DNA from: Planctomycetota bacterium | GTDB lineage: Bacteria; Planctomycetota; UBA11346 | Direction of reading: 5' to 3' | DNA length: 64,000 nt | NCBI GenBank assembly: GCA_038231435.1 | Contig: JBBRLJ010000015.1 | Location: forward strand, 32,001 to 96,000 | Shown: positions 18,841 to 29,527 of the stretch, piece after piece | How positions within the stretch are numbered: position 1 is the first letter of the stretch | Layout: each line of letters opens with the position of its first letter | Notes under the pieces: generated by a model | Database searches by the model: none | What the model saw: the letters and a program-made list of their open reading frames with translations, nothing else | What the model was told of the DNA's origin: nothing | Position numbers and translations under genes: made by a program

Positions 18841-20859
18841 ATGTTCGGCCGCCTCAACCCTGGCCGCCTGCCCTTCCTGGGCTTGGCGCTGGCCCCATGC
18901 GTCCTCGGCGGTGCCGAGGATGCCTCGGTGGCGACGTGTTCACGCGACAAGGAATCGCCTGCCGCCGCGGTCGGGGTGGCCCGGATCTGCTTCCCCGACG
19001 GCGCGCTCGCGCATGGCGTCGCCGCGATCAGCCAGCCATCCGGCCAGGCGGTCGGCGCGCGCGTGCTGTGGAGCGCGCCCGGCGAGCCCGCCACCATCCT
19101 CTTTGACGCCTCGGGCAACGCCGCCAGCTACGCCTTCCGCGGCGCCGCCAGCGAGGCCGCGTGGGAAGCGCGCGCCGGGGTGACGATCGAGGCCCGCCGT
19201 CGCGTCGACGGCCCGGCCGATACCTGGGAGCAGGCCTTGGCGCTGTGGAACCACTGCACCGAGGTCGAAGGTCGCGCGTTGGTGGCGAACGTCTTCCACG
19301 GCATCAACCCGTGCGGTGAGACCCGCGACTACGGCGCCGAATACCATGGCTGGTTCCAGGTGGCCAAGGCTGGCGACTACCGCTTCTCGACGCTGTCCGA
19401 CGACGCGTCGTTCATCGCCATCGACGGCAAGGTGCTGGTGCAGTGGGGCAGCCCGCACGGCCTCGATGGCGGCCAGCACGGCCAGCACGGCGCCAACATC
19501 ACCCTGCAGGCCGGCCCGCACCAGGTGCAGTACCTCTACTTCCAGTTCGGCGACAATCCGATCGTCGAGCTGGCCTGGCAGCCGCCGGGCGAGAAGCAGC
19601 CCTCGGTGATGCCGGCGAGCGCCTTCATCCCGATCGCCCAGTACCATGTCGATGCCATGACCTGGCCGGGCGAGCGGCCGTGGTTCTCGTGGGAGATGGC
19701 CGGCAACGCCATCGCTGGCGGCCAATCCCTGATCGAGGTCGCGCTGACGGCGCACCTGCCGAAGGGCGCCACCAAGGCGGTGTGGAGCTTCGACGATGGC
19801 GGCACCGCCGAGGGCCTCACCCCGCACCACTGCTTCGCCCGCGGCGGAACGCGCGAGGTGCGGCTCGAGACCTTCGCCGGCGCGGCCAAGCTCGAACCCT
19901 GCGCGCGGACCATCTCGGTGCATCCCCTGTGGACGCAACTCGAGGAATGGAGCGATGGCGCGCACAACCGCATGCGCGGCGATCTCGGCAAGCGCGACGT
20001 GCAGCGCATGCCGGCCGCGGATGTCCTGGCCCTGGTGCGCTACGCCGCCTTCATCGGCGACGGCGGCTGGATCACCGATATCGGCAAGGGTGTGCTCGCC
20101 GACGCCAAGCATTGGGGCGCGGGCGGCGCCGAGCTGCTCGGCGAGCTCGGGTTCCAATTGCAGGATCCGGACGTGCGCCAGTACGCGCCAGCCGCCGATG
20201 CGTGGCGCGCCTTCCTGTCGCTGGTGCCCGACCACACCCCGGCTCGTGAGCACGCGGCGCTGCACTGCGGCGGCCTGCTCATCCATTGCCTCGACCTGCC
20301 CGACGAGGCGCTGGCCATCCTCGGGTCGATCGATCCCAAGAAGCTCGAGCGCGAGGAGCCGCGCCTGCTCGCGCTCTATCTTGGCGACGGCGCGCTCGCC
20401 AAGGGAAACATCGACGGCGCGCGCGCCAAGTACGCAGAAGCCGGCGACGTGGTGAAGCCGGGCGATCTCGGCTACGCGGTGCGCCGGCGCACCCGCCTCG
20501 AGGCCGCCAAGGACTATTGCGCCCGTGGCGAGCACGAGCAGGCGCTGCAGGTGCTGCGCGAGATCGAGTGGGAGACGCCCGCAGAGCGCCTCGGCACCGA
20601 GACCGGGCTGCTGAAGGTGCGGGCGCATCTCGGACGCAAGGAGCTGCAGTTCGCGCTCGCCTGCTGCAAGCACATGCTGGTGGCCGTCGGACCCGACGAG
20701 CACCGCGCCGACGTGCTGTTCGCGCTGGTGCAGACCGAGCTGGCGTGCAAGGATCGCGCCGCTGCGATCGAAGCCGCTCGGGTCCTGGTGAAGGACCATC
20801 CCTACAGCGAGGCCGCGGCCAAGGCCAAGGACGCCGTGCCTGAGGCGGCGCACAGATGA
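18841..20859 (+). CDS. Secreted PA14 / PKD-like / TPR protein
   Basis: Signal peptide; AGDYRFSTLSDDASFIAIDG (PA14), WSFDDGGTAEG..H (PKD-like), helical TPR-like C-term ending LVKDHPYSEAA. Confidence 0.75.
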   Translation: MFGRLNPGRLPFLGLALAPCVLGGAEDASVATCSRDKESPAAAVGVARICFPDGALAHGVAAISQPSGQAVGARVLWSAPGEPATILFDASGNAASYAFRGAASEAAWEARAGVTIEARRRVDGPADTWEQALALWNHCTEVEGRALVANVFHGINPCGETRDYGAEYHGWFQVAKAGDYRFSTLSDDASFIAIDGKVLVQWGSPHGLDGGQHGQHGANITLQAGPHQVQYLYFQFGDNPIVELAWQPPGEKQPSVMPASAFIPIAQYHVDAMTWPGERPWFSWEMAGNAIAGGQSLIEVALTAHLPKGATKAVWSFDDGGTAEGLTPHHCFARGGTREVRLETFAGAAKLEPCARTISVHPLWTQLEEWSDGAHNRMRGDLGKRDVQRMPAADVLALVRYAAFIGDGGWITDIGKGVLADAKHWGAGGAELLGELGFQLQDPDVRQYAPAADAWRAFLSLVPDHTPAREHAALHCGGLLIHCLDLPDEALAILGSIDPKKLEREEPRLLALYLGDGALAKGNIDGARAKYAEAGDVVKPGDLGYAVRRRTRLEAAKDYCARGEHEQALQVLREIEWETPAERLGTETGLLKVRAHLGRKELQFALACCKHMLVAVGPDEHRADVLFALVQTELACKDRAAAIEAARVLVKDHPYSEAAAKAKDAVPEAAHR

Positions 20860-20932
20860 GCCTCGCGCGCCGGTCACGCATCACGCTCTTCCGACATTCG
20901 ACTCCGCACGGATTCCTCAAAGGAACATCCCG

Positions 20933-22456
20933 ATGAAGACCTCCAACCGTCTTGTCCTCGCCGTCCTCGCATCCTGGGTGTTCGGTACCGCCGCCGAGGC
21001 GGCGAGCGAGAACGACTGGTTCGTCCCGCTCGGCCCGCCGCCCAAGGCGGCGCCGCGGCGCATCAACGGCGGCGAGAGCTTCCCGCCGCTGCCGCTTCCG
21101 GCCACGCCGTTGCGCCGCAGCGAGCGCAAGAAGCAGCCGAGCGCGCCGCCCTTGATCGGCAAGGTGGTGTGGGGCGAGGCCGCGTCGTTCACCTACGACA
21201 CCGGCGACAAGCTGGACATCAGCGATTGGAACCTCTGCCCCGGCGACCTGCAGCAGGTGCTCGAGAAATCCAAGCGCGTGCTCGGCGTCGCCTACGGATC
21301 CGAACAGGTTTCGCTGTCGTCATTCCACTACGATCCCGAGAAGCTGCCGGTGCTGTTCGTCAGCGGCGTGCGCTCGGTGGCATTCAGCGATGACCAGGTC
21401 GCGCAGCTGCGCGGCTACATGCTCAAGGGCGGCATGGTGATCTTCGATTCGGTCGCCGGTTCGCCGTACTTCACCGAGGCGGCGCGCTCGTTCGCGCGGC
21501 GCGCCTTCCCTGAGTCGCCTTTGCGCACCGTGCCCGCCGATCATCCTCTCTACCACATGACCTATGACATCGACAAGGTCGGCTTCCCGAAGAACGCGCC
21601 AGGTGATCGTCCAGCATACGAGGCCACCTACCTCGGCTGCCGCTGCGCGATCCTGATCTCGCCCTTCGGCCTGGGCACCGGCTGGGACGATCACGAGGTG
21701 CCGCTCCTGAAGCAGGCGATCTACTACGACGTCGAATCCTCGTCCAAGCTCGGCGTCGACCTCATCGCCTACGCCATCGGCTATGCCCACGTCGGCCAGG
21801 AGGAGGCCAAGCCCGAGCTGTTCGGCGCGCTCGACGAGAAGCGCCCGGCGAATGAGTTCGTGTTCGCGCAGATCCGCCACGAAGGCCATTGGGACGTGCA
21901 CCCTGGCGCCGCCGCTGCGCTTCTCGGACGTGTGTGCCAGGACACCGCCGTGGCGGCGAGCCGCAAGCGCGTGGCCGTGACGCCGGGCAAGGACGACCTG
22001 AGCCCGTTCCCGGTGCTGTTCCTCACCGGCATGGACGACTTCCATTTCTCGCCCGAGGCCCAGGCGGCGCTGAAGAACTTCCTCGCCGCGAACGGGACCC
22101 TGGTGATCGACAACGGCCTCGGCCTGGCGACCTTCGACGCCGCGGTGCGCCGCGAACTCGCGGGCATCATCCCCGGCGCGCAGCTCGCGCCGATCCCTGC
22201 CGACCACGCACTGTACTCGACCGCACTGCCGGTGCGCGAGGTGCAGTACACGCCGCTGGTGGCGCGCGAGAAGCCGGACCTCAAGTCGCCGTACCTCGAG
22301 GGCATCTCGATCGGCGGCGATCTGCGCGTGATCTACAGCCCGTACGATCTCGAGGCCGGCTGGGGCGGCTGCGAGCATCCGATGATGCGCGGCTTCCAGC
22401 CTTCGTCGGCGACGGCGATCGGCCTGGATGTGATCGTGTATTCGGTCACGCACTGA
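20933..22456 (+). CDS. Secreted tandem DUF4159 protein
   Basis: AAGGA SD; two similar halves PVLFVSG..LRGYMLKGG..DHPLY and PVLFLTG..LKNFLAANG..DHALY. Confidence 0.8.
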   Translation: MKTSNRLVLAVLASWVFGTAAEAASENDWFVPLGPPPKAAPRRINGGESFPPLPLPATPLRRSERKKQPSAPPLIGKVVWGEAASFTYDTGDKLDISDWNLCPGDLQQVLEKSKRVLGVAYGSEQVSLSSFHYDPEKLPVLFVSGVRSVAFSDDQVAQLRGYMLKGGMVIFDSVAGSPYFTEAARSFARRAFPESPLRTVPADHPLYHMTYDIDKVGFPKNAPGDRPAYEATYLGCRCAILISPFGLGTGWDDHEVPLLKQAIYYDVESSSKLGVDLIAYAIGYAHVGQEEAKPELFGALDEKRPANEFVFAQIRHEGHWDVHPGAAAALLGRVCQDTAVAASRKRVAVTPGKDDLSPFPVLFLTGMDDFHFSPEAQAALKNFLAANGTLVIDNGLGLATFDAAVRRELAGIIPGAQLAPIPADHALYSTALPVREVQYTPLVAREKPDLKSPYLEGISIGGDLRVIYSPYDLEAGWGGCEHPMMRGFQPSSATAIGLDVIVYSVTH

Positions 22457-22472
22457 TCCTCGAAACGGCTCC

Positions 22473-24815
22473 ATGATGGCCTCGACCAGCGCAGCAGCCG
22501 AATGCTCGGTCGCATCATCGGCGCCCATCGGGCGCCGATCGCGGCTGTCGGGCTTCGCCGCCGCCGCCGCCGCCGCCGCCGTTGCCTGGCTCGGGCCGGG
22601 CGCGGTGGCGCAAGCGGTCGAGGTACGGTTGTGCGCGCCTCTCGCGACCGTGGTCGCCGCGCCGGCCGCGCCCGCCGGCGACAAGCTGCTCACCGCCGAT
22701 GTCGCGGTGCCGCGCGACGCGCCCGCCGATCTCGGCGTCGGCGCCTACGTCTGCGACCGCGACGGGCACTGGTTCCAGCGCATCCTGCCCGGCGCGCTCG
22801 CGCCGGGTCGGCACCGCGTCGAATTCCCGCTCGGTGCGGACGAACTGCTGACCAGCGAGCCGAACCGCGCGCTGTGGCTGCCGGACGAGTCGCAGGTGTC
22901 GCTGCGCGCCGGACTGTTCTTCTACTCGGCGAGCTCGAGCCGAGCGACGCTCGCGGTCGATGACCTGCGCGTGGTGGCCGACCAGCCACGCGGCGGAGCT
23001 GCGCCCAACGTGGCGATCGCGCACCGCCTGCTCGAGACCGCGCTCGACGGTATGTCCGGCGATGGCGCCGCGCACATCGCCAGTGGCGAGCGCTGGTGCC
23101 TGCGCGCGCAGCCCCAGCCTTTTCCGGCAAATCCCTACGATGCCAGCGAGTTCAGCCTGGATCTGGTGGTGACCGGCCCCGATGGCGCCCAGCGGCGCAT
23201 CGCGGGATTCTTCCAGCAGCCGATGGCTGAGCGGGATCGCGGCGACCGCGAGGTGCTCGCGCCCTCGGGAGCCGGCTCCTTCATGGTACGCTTCCGTCCC
23301 GCGCGCGCGGGGCACTACGCGCTGCGGCTCGAGGCGCGCTGGCGCGATGGTGCGGTCGTCGCCCAGGCGCTTCCCGACCTGGTCGCTGACGGCGTCTCGC
23401 GCCAGGCCTACGCCGCGGTGGATGCGGCGGATCCCAGGTTCTTCAGCCTGCGCTCGAGCGGCGCGGCGGACGGGGCATTCTGGTGGCCGGTGGGCCTGAA
23501 CCTGCATTCGCCTTACGACCTGCGCAGTCGCGACGCGCTCGGCACCCGGCTCACGCCCGACCGCGGCAGCCTGGTCTACGACGCGATGTTCGACCGGCTC
23601 GCGGCCGCAGGCGGCGACGCCTGCGAGATCTGGATGTCGAGCTGGAACGTCGGCCTCGAATGGCGTTCGGACTGGCCGGGATTCCAAGGCATGGGCCGCT
23701 ACAACCAGGGCAACGCCTGGAAGCTCGACGCCATCCTCGACCACGCGCTCGCGCGCGGCATCCGCGTCAACCTGGTGATCAACAACCACGGCCAGGCCTC
23801 CGCCAACGCCGACCGCGAATGGAAGGACAATCCCTGGAATTCCGCCCTCGGCGGTCCCATCGACCATCCCATCGACATGTTCGCCGATCCCGCCGCGCTC
23901 GCCGGCCAGGAGCGCCTGCGCCGTTACATCATCGCCCGATACGCCGACCATCCCGCCATTCTCGGCTGGAAGTTGTGGTCCGAGGTCGACCTCACCGCTG
24001 CGCGCGGCGAGGTGGCGTGGCGTTGGCACGAGCAGGCTGCGGCGCGCTGGCACGCGCTCGACGGCTACCGCCATCCGGTAACCACCCATTGGGCCGGCGA
24101 TTTCCGGCGCGTGAATCCCGCGGTCGCGGTGCTGCCTGGCATCGACTACCTGTGCATCGACGCCTATCGCCACGCCAACGCCAACGGCGCGTGGCGGCTG
24201 CTCGCCGACATCCTCTCCGACAGCACCGTCTATCCGGGCCGCGGCTTGGCCATGTACGGCAAGCCGATCCTGACCACCGAGTTCGGCGCCGGATCCGGCG
24301 CATCGCCCGAGCCGTGCCGGCTGGTCGATCACCTCACCGGCGCGTGGGCGGCGCTGGTGTCTGGCCACGCCGGCGCGCCGATGCTGTGGTGGTTCGAGTG
24401 GGTCGACCAGGGCGAGCGCTGGCAGCCCTTCATCGCCATACGCTCCTTCATCGGCGGCGAGGATCTGCGCGGCGGGCGCTCGGCCGCGCTCGATGCCACG
24501 CCCGACGATCTCTGGGCGCGCTGCTGGGTGCGCCAGGGCCGGCTGCTCGGCTACCTGCTCGATCGCCGCTGGGGCGCGGATGGCAGCGCACATGGAGAGA
24601 TCGCCGGCGCGACGGTGACGATCGGCGGCCAGGTCGGCGCCGGCAGCCTGCGTCTGGAATGGTGGAACGCCGACAGCGGCGAGCTGATGTCGACGAGAGA
24701 GTTCTACCATCCTGGTGGCGCGCTGGCCCTGTCCGCGCCGACCTTCGCCCGCCACATCGCCTTCAAGCTCGGCCGCGCCGAGTCGAACGACGGCGCGGCC
24801 GGTGGCACACCATGA
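22473..24815 (+). CDS. Secreted GH5-like (clan GH-A) glycoside hydrolase with DUF5060-like domain
   Basis: NPYD..GFF..VRFRP..GHY (DUF5060-like), YIIARYADHPAILGWKLWSEVD (acid/base Glu), KPILTTEFG (nucleophile Glu). Confidence 0.75.
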   Translation: MMASTSAAAECSVASSAPIGRRSRLSGFAAAAAAAAVAWLGPGAVAQAVEVRLCAPLATVVAAPAAPAGDKLLTADVAVPRDAPADLGVGAYVCDRDGHWFQRILPGALAPGRHRVEFPLGADELLTSEPNRALWLPDESQVSLRAGLFFYSASSSRATLAVDDLRVVADQPRGGAAPNVAIAHRLLETALDGMSGDGAAHIASGERWCLRAQPQPFPANPYDASEFSLDLVVTGPDGAQRRIAGFFQQPMAERDRGDREVLAPSGAGSFMVRFRPARAGHYALRLEARWRDGAVVAQALPDLVADGVSRQAYAAVDAADPRFFSLRSSGAADGAFWWPVGLNLHSPYDLRSRDALGTRLTPDRGSLVYDAMFDRLAAAGGDACEIWMSSWNVGLEWRSDWPGFQGMGRYNQGNAWKLDAILDHALARGIRVNLVINNHGQASANADREWKDNPWNSALGGPIDHPIDMFADPAALAGQERLRRYIIARYADHPAILGWKLWSEVDLTAARGEVAWRWHEQAAARWHALDGYRHPVTTHWAGDFRRVNPAVAVLPGIDYLCIDAYRHANANGAWRLLADILSDSTVYPGRGLAMYGKPILTTEFGAGSGASPEPCRLVDHLTGAWAALVSGHAGAPMLWWFEWVDQGERWQPFIAIRSFIGGEDLRGGRSAALDATPDDLWARCWVRQGRLLGYLLDRRWGADGSAHGEIAGATVTIGGQVGAGSLRLEWWNADSGELMSTREFYHPGGALALSAPTFARHIAFKLGRAESNDGAAGGTP

Positions 24816-25768
24816 GCGATGTCGTGATCCGCGCCAAGAGCCGCATCCCGTCAGTGTTCCTCGCATCGTCGCTGCTCATCCTCATGCCGATCGTGGTCGT
24901 GGCCGAGGATGCCGCGCCCGCGGATGTCGCGATCTCGGTCACGGTCCGCGACTTGGCCTTCGGCCAACGCATCGACTACGTCCTGGGCGATGGCCAGCAT
25001 CCGTTCGTGGACGAGGACAACCGGCGGGCGCTGCTCGGCTTCGACGCGCGGGCGAACGGACGTGTCGCCGTCTTGGGATTCTCGGCGCTGGCGTTCACGG
25101 AATGCGTCTCCGACAGCGGCGAGGCGCTCGACCCGACGCTGCCGCTGACCGTGGGCGGCACCGTCGACCATGAGCGCAAGGCCGATCCGGTGATCGCGCT
25201 GTTCACCGTCGGCATGCCGATCGGCAAGCATCCATATGCCGGCATCGCGCGCCTGCGCGGCACCGTTGAGGTTCAGTATGCGAGCGGCGATCCGGAGCGA
25301 TGGGATGTGACATTCGCGGCGCTCAAGGCTGGAGACACATCAGGGGACAAGGCCAGCGACGACTGCGCGATCGGTGGGCACGAGGACCTCACCCTCGCGG
25401 TGGCGGATCCGGCGGATCCCAGTCCCGGTGGTCAGCTCGCGCTGCGCGTCAGCCCCCAGGCGCGGCTCGCGGTAGTGGATCTCGAGTTCCGCGACGGCGC
25501 GGGCAAGCCCATCGCCATCAAGAGCAAGCGGCCCGACCGCCGCGACGCCAAGCCCGGGAAGCGCAAACGCCAGCCGGTGGGCGGCAAGGACGACGTGCTG
25601 ATCTACGCGGTGACGCTGCCCGACGACGCCAGCGTCACCGTGCGCTACTACCCGACGATCGAGCGCCGCACCGTGCCGATCGCGATCGACGCCCTGCCCT
25701 TCGGGCTGACGCTGTCCGGTCACGACGGCGTACGCGGCGAACCGCCACGGGGGGCGGATGATCTCTGA
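24812..25768 (+). CDS. Secreted hypothetical protein, paralog of the next gene's N-terminal domain
   Basis: ATGA overlap, signal peptide, in-operon position. Confidence 0.7.
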   Translation: MSDVVIRAKSRIPSVFLASSLLILMPIVVVAEDAAPADVAISVTVRDLAFGQRIDYVLGDGQHPFVDEDNRRALLGFDARANGRVAVLGFSALAFTECVSDSGEALDPTLPLTVGGTVDHERKADPVIALFTVGMPIGKHPYAGIARLRGTVEVQYASGDPERWDVTFAALKAGDTSGDKASDDCAIGGHEDLTLAVADPADPSPGGQLALRVSPQARLAVVDLEFRDGAGKPIAIKSKRPDRRDAKPGKRKRQPVGGKDDVLIYAVTLPDDASVTVRYYPTIERRTVPIAIDALPFGLTLSGHDGVRGEPPRGADDL

Positions 25769-27218
25769 GCGCCGCAGTCGCCGTGGATGCCATGCCGGCC
25801 GCGCGATCGCCATCTGTCTGGCGATCGGGATGACGTTTGCGTGCGCCACCCAATGCGGCGCCGAGGACGCAGCGGATCCCGCCGCTCCCGCGTCGAGGTC
25901 CAAGGCGATGCCGGCGGCGCTCGCCGCTCCGCAGCCATGGACTTTCACCGTCGACAGCCTGGCGATGGATCTGCGCGTGTCGCTCGACCGAAGAGCTTCC
26001 GGCACTCCCAGCACTCCCAGCACTCCCGGCACGTCCGGAGAGAAGCTTCCAGTGCTGCTCCAGCCCGACCACCATCTGGTGCTGGCGACCGCGCTGCCGA
26101 TGGACGTCGCGGTGCTGCGCGCCAGCAACATGGTCTTCGCGCCGATCACCACCGATACCGGCGAGCGCCTCGGGCTGCTGCTCAGGCCGGCGAACCGCAC
26201 CCAGAGCTTCGCTGTGGACCACGCCTTCAACCGCGATCGGCAGCTGAAGATCACGCTCGACCTGACGCCGCCTTGGCGTCCGTGCGCGCGTCTGATCGGC
26301 CTCACCGGCGCGGTGACGCTGACGGTGGCCTCGGGCAAGCGCCGCGAGGGGGCCATGCGCGCCACCGTGGGTTCGGTGGTCCGCGCCGAGGGGATTGGCT
26401 CCGCCTCGCTCACCGAGAGCTCCGCCAAGAGCATCACCCTGGTGCTCTCGCGCGATCTCGCTGACCGCCTGTCGGGCATCTCGGCGCGCGACGCGGGCGA
26501 CCAGGAGCTCCCTGGCAAGCCCAGGGAACTCACGCGCGACCTGGCGACGGTGAAGCTGGCCCTGGATGTCGCCACCGAACGCTGCGAGCGCGTCGTCGTC
26601 AGCTGGTTCCCGGATCTCGAGGATCGCCGCATCGCCGTGTCGATCCCCGCGATCGAGATCCCAGGCGGCATGCCCGGGATCGGCGCGCTGGCCGAGGCCG
26701 TCCCGGCGTTTCCGGCGTCGCCGCCAGCGTCGCCGAAGGCCCCGGTGCTGAAGCTGCCGTTGCACCTGGCGATCGTCGCCGGTGACGCCAGCGAGGTGGC
26801 GCGGCTCATCGATCACGGCGCCGACCGCGAGGCCATGGACGCCGATGGCAGACGGCCGCTGCACCGCGCGGTGGCGCTGGGCCAGGCCGAGGTCGTCCGA
26901 GCGCTCATCGAACGCAAGGTCGATGTCGATGCCCGCGCGCGAGACGGCTCGAGCGCCTTGCAGCTGGCCGCGGGCTCTATCGGCATGACCTCGGCGCTGA
27001 TCGCCGCCGGAGCGAAGGTCGGCGGCGTGGCGCCGGGCAACGGCTGGACGGCGCTGCACAGCGCGGTGGCCGCCGGCGACGCGGCCTCGGTCACGGCGCT
27101 GATCGCCGCTGGCGCGGATCCTGCGGCCACCGCCAAGGACGGGCGATCGAGCCTGGACCTGGCGCGCGACCAGGGACGCTGGCGCCTGCTGCGGGCCATG
27201 CTCGGCAACCCCGACTGA
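25758..27218 (+). CDS. Secreted protein with C-terminal ankyrin repeats
   Basis: PLHLAI, GRRPLHRAV, GSSALQLAA, GWTALHSAV and GRSSLDLA repeats. Confidence 0.85.
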   Translation: MISERRSRRGCHAGRAIAICLAIGMTFACATQCGAEDAADPAAPASRSKAMPAALAAPQPWTFTVDSLAMDLRVSLDRRASGTPSTPSTPGTSGEKLPVLLQPDHHLVLATALPMDVAVLRASNMVFAPITTDTGERLGLLLRPANRTQSFAVDHAFNRDRQLKITLDLTPPWRPCARLIGLTGAVTLTVASGKRREGAMRATVGSVVRAEGIGSASLTESSAKSITLVLSRDLADRLSGISARDAGDQELPGKPRELTRDLATVKLALDVATERCERVVVSWFPDLEDRRIAVSIPAIEIPGGMPGIGALAEAVPAFPASPPASPKAPVLKLPLHLAIVAGDASEVARLIDHGADREAMDADGRRPLHRAVALGQAEVVRALIERKVDVDARARDGSSALQLAAGSIGMTSALIAAGAKVGGVAPGNGWTALHSAVAAGDAASVTALIAAGADPAATAKDGRSSLDLARDQGRWRLLRAMLGNPD

Positions 27219-27297
27219 ATCCACGCCCACACCTATCCTCTCAATCCCACCCACTCGATTCACGTACGTCACACGACCCTCGACGGAGACTGGACCC

Positions 27298-28614
<1,317 letters not shown>

Positions 28615-28648
28615 GCCTCGCACCGCTCAACTACCGCGGAGCCGGTCC

Positions 28649-29527
28649 GTGACGCCAGGCGCCACCTACCGCTACCTGCCGCCGCACCTCGCTGATCGCC
28701 TGCACGGCACGTCGATCAGTGCGAAGCGCGCCATGGGCGGCGGCCTCCAGGGGCTGCATCGCTCCAGCCGCCATGGCGCTTCGGTCGAGTTCGCCGAGTA
28801 CCGTCCGTACGTGCCCGGCGATGCGCCGTCGCTGATCGACTGGTCGGTGTATGCGCGCACCGACAAGCATCTCATCCGCCGCTTCGAGGAGGAGACCAAC
28901 CTCACCGGCTTCGTGCTGCTCGACTGTTCGGCGAGCCTGGGCTGGAAGGGACGCGCGAGCCTCACCAAGCTCGAATACGCCTGCCAGCTGGCGGCGTCGC
29001 TGATGTACGTGCTGGTCAACCAGGGTGACCGCGCCGGCCTGGCCTCGTTCAGCGACCGCATCCTGCAGCGCCATGCGCCGTCCGGTTCCCCCGCCGGCCT
29101 GCGCCCGCTGCTGCTCGCGCTCGAAGGCGTTCAGGCCAGCGGCAAGGGCGACATCGCCGCCGCGCTGCACCAGGCCTGCGGCTTCCTGCCGCGGCGTTCG
29201 CTGGTGGTGGTGGTCTCGGACTTCCTCCAGCCGCCCACGCAGGTGCTCGGTGGCATCCGTCACCTGCACCACGACGGCCACGACGTGCGCGTCATGCACG
29301 TCGTCGACCGCGCCGAGCTCACTCTGCCCGAGGGGGGGCTGGTCGAGGTCACCGATCTCGAGACCGCCGAGCGGCTCGAGGTCGATCTCGACGAGATCCG
29401 CGAGGGCTACCGCGGATCGGTCGAAGCCCATCTCGACGAGGTGCGGCGCGGCTGCCTCGGTTGTCCGGCCGAATACCGCCTGATCGACACCGCCACGCCG
29501 ATCGAAGAAGCGTTGCGGGGGATGTGA
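28649..29527 (+). CDS. DUF58 domain protein
   Basis: GLHRS..GASVEFAEYRPYVPGD..IDWSVYART..FEEE, DCSAS, VVSDF. Confidence 0.92.
   Translation: MTPGATYRYLPPHLADRLHGTSISAKRAMGGGLQGLHRSSRHGASVEFAEYRPYVPGDAPSLIDWSVYARTDKHLIRRFEEETNLTGFVLLDCSASLGWKGRASLTKLEYACQLAASLMYVLVNQGDRAGLASFSDRILQRHAPSGSPAGLRPLLLALEGVQASGKGDIAAALHQACGFLPRRSLVVVVSDFLQPPTQVLGGIRHLHHDGHDVRVMHVVDRAELTLPEGGLVEVTDLETAERLEVDLDEIREGYRGSVEAHLDEVRRGCLGCPAEYRLIDTATPIEEALRGM

Noticed and set aside
22557..22580. (GCC)8 run, and 9-bp repeats at 26002-26030
   Set aside because: In-frame poly-Ala and Thr-Pro-Ser linkers; length changes would not shift the frame
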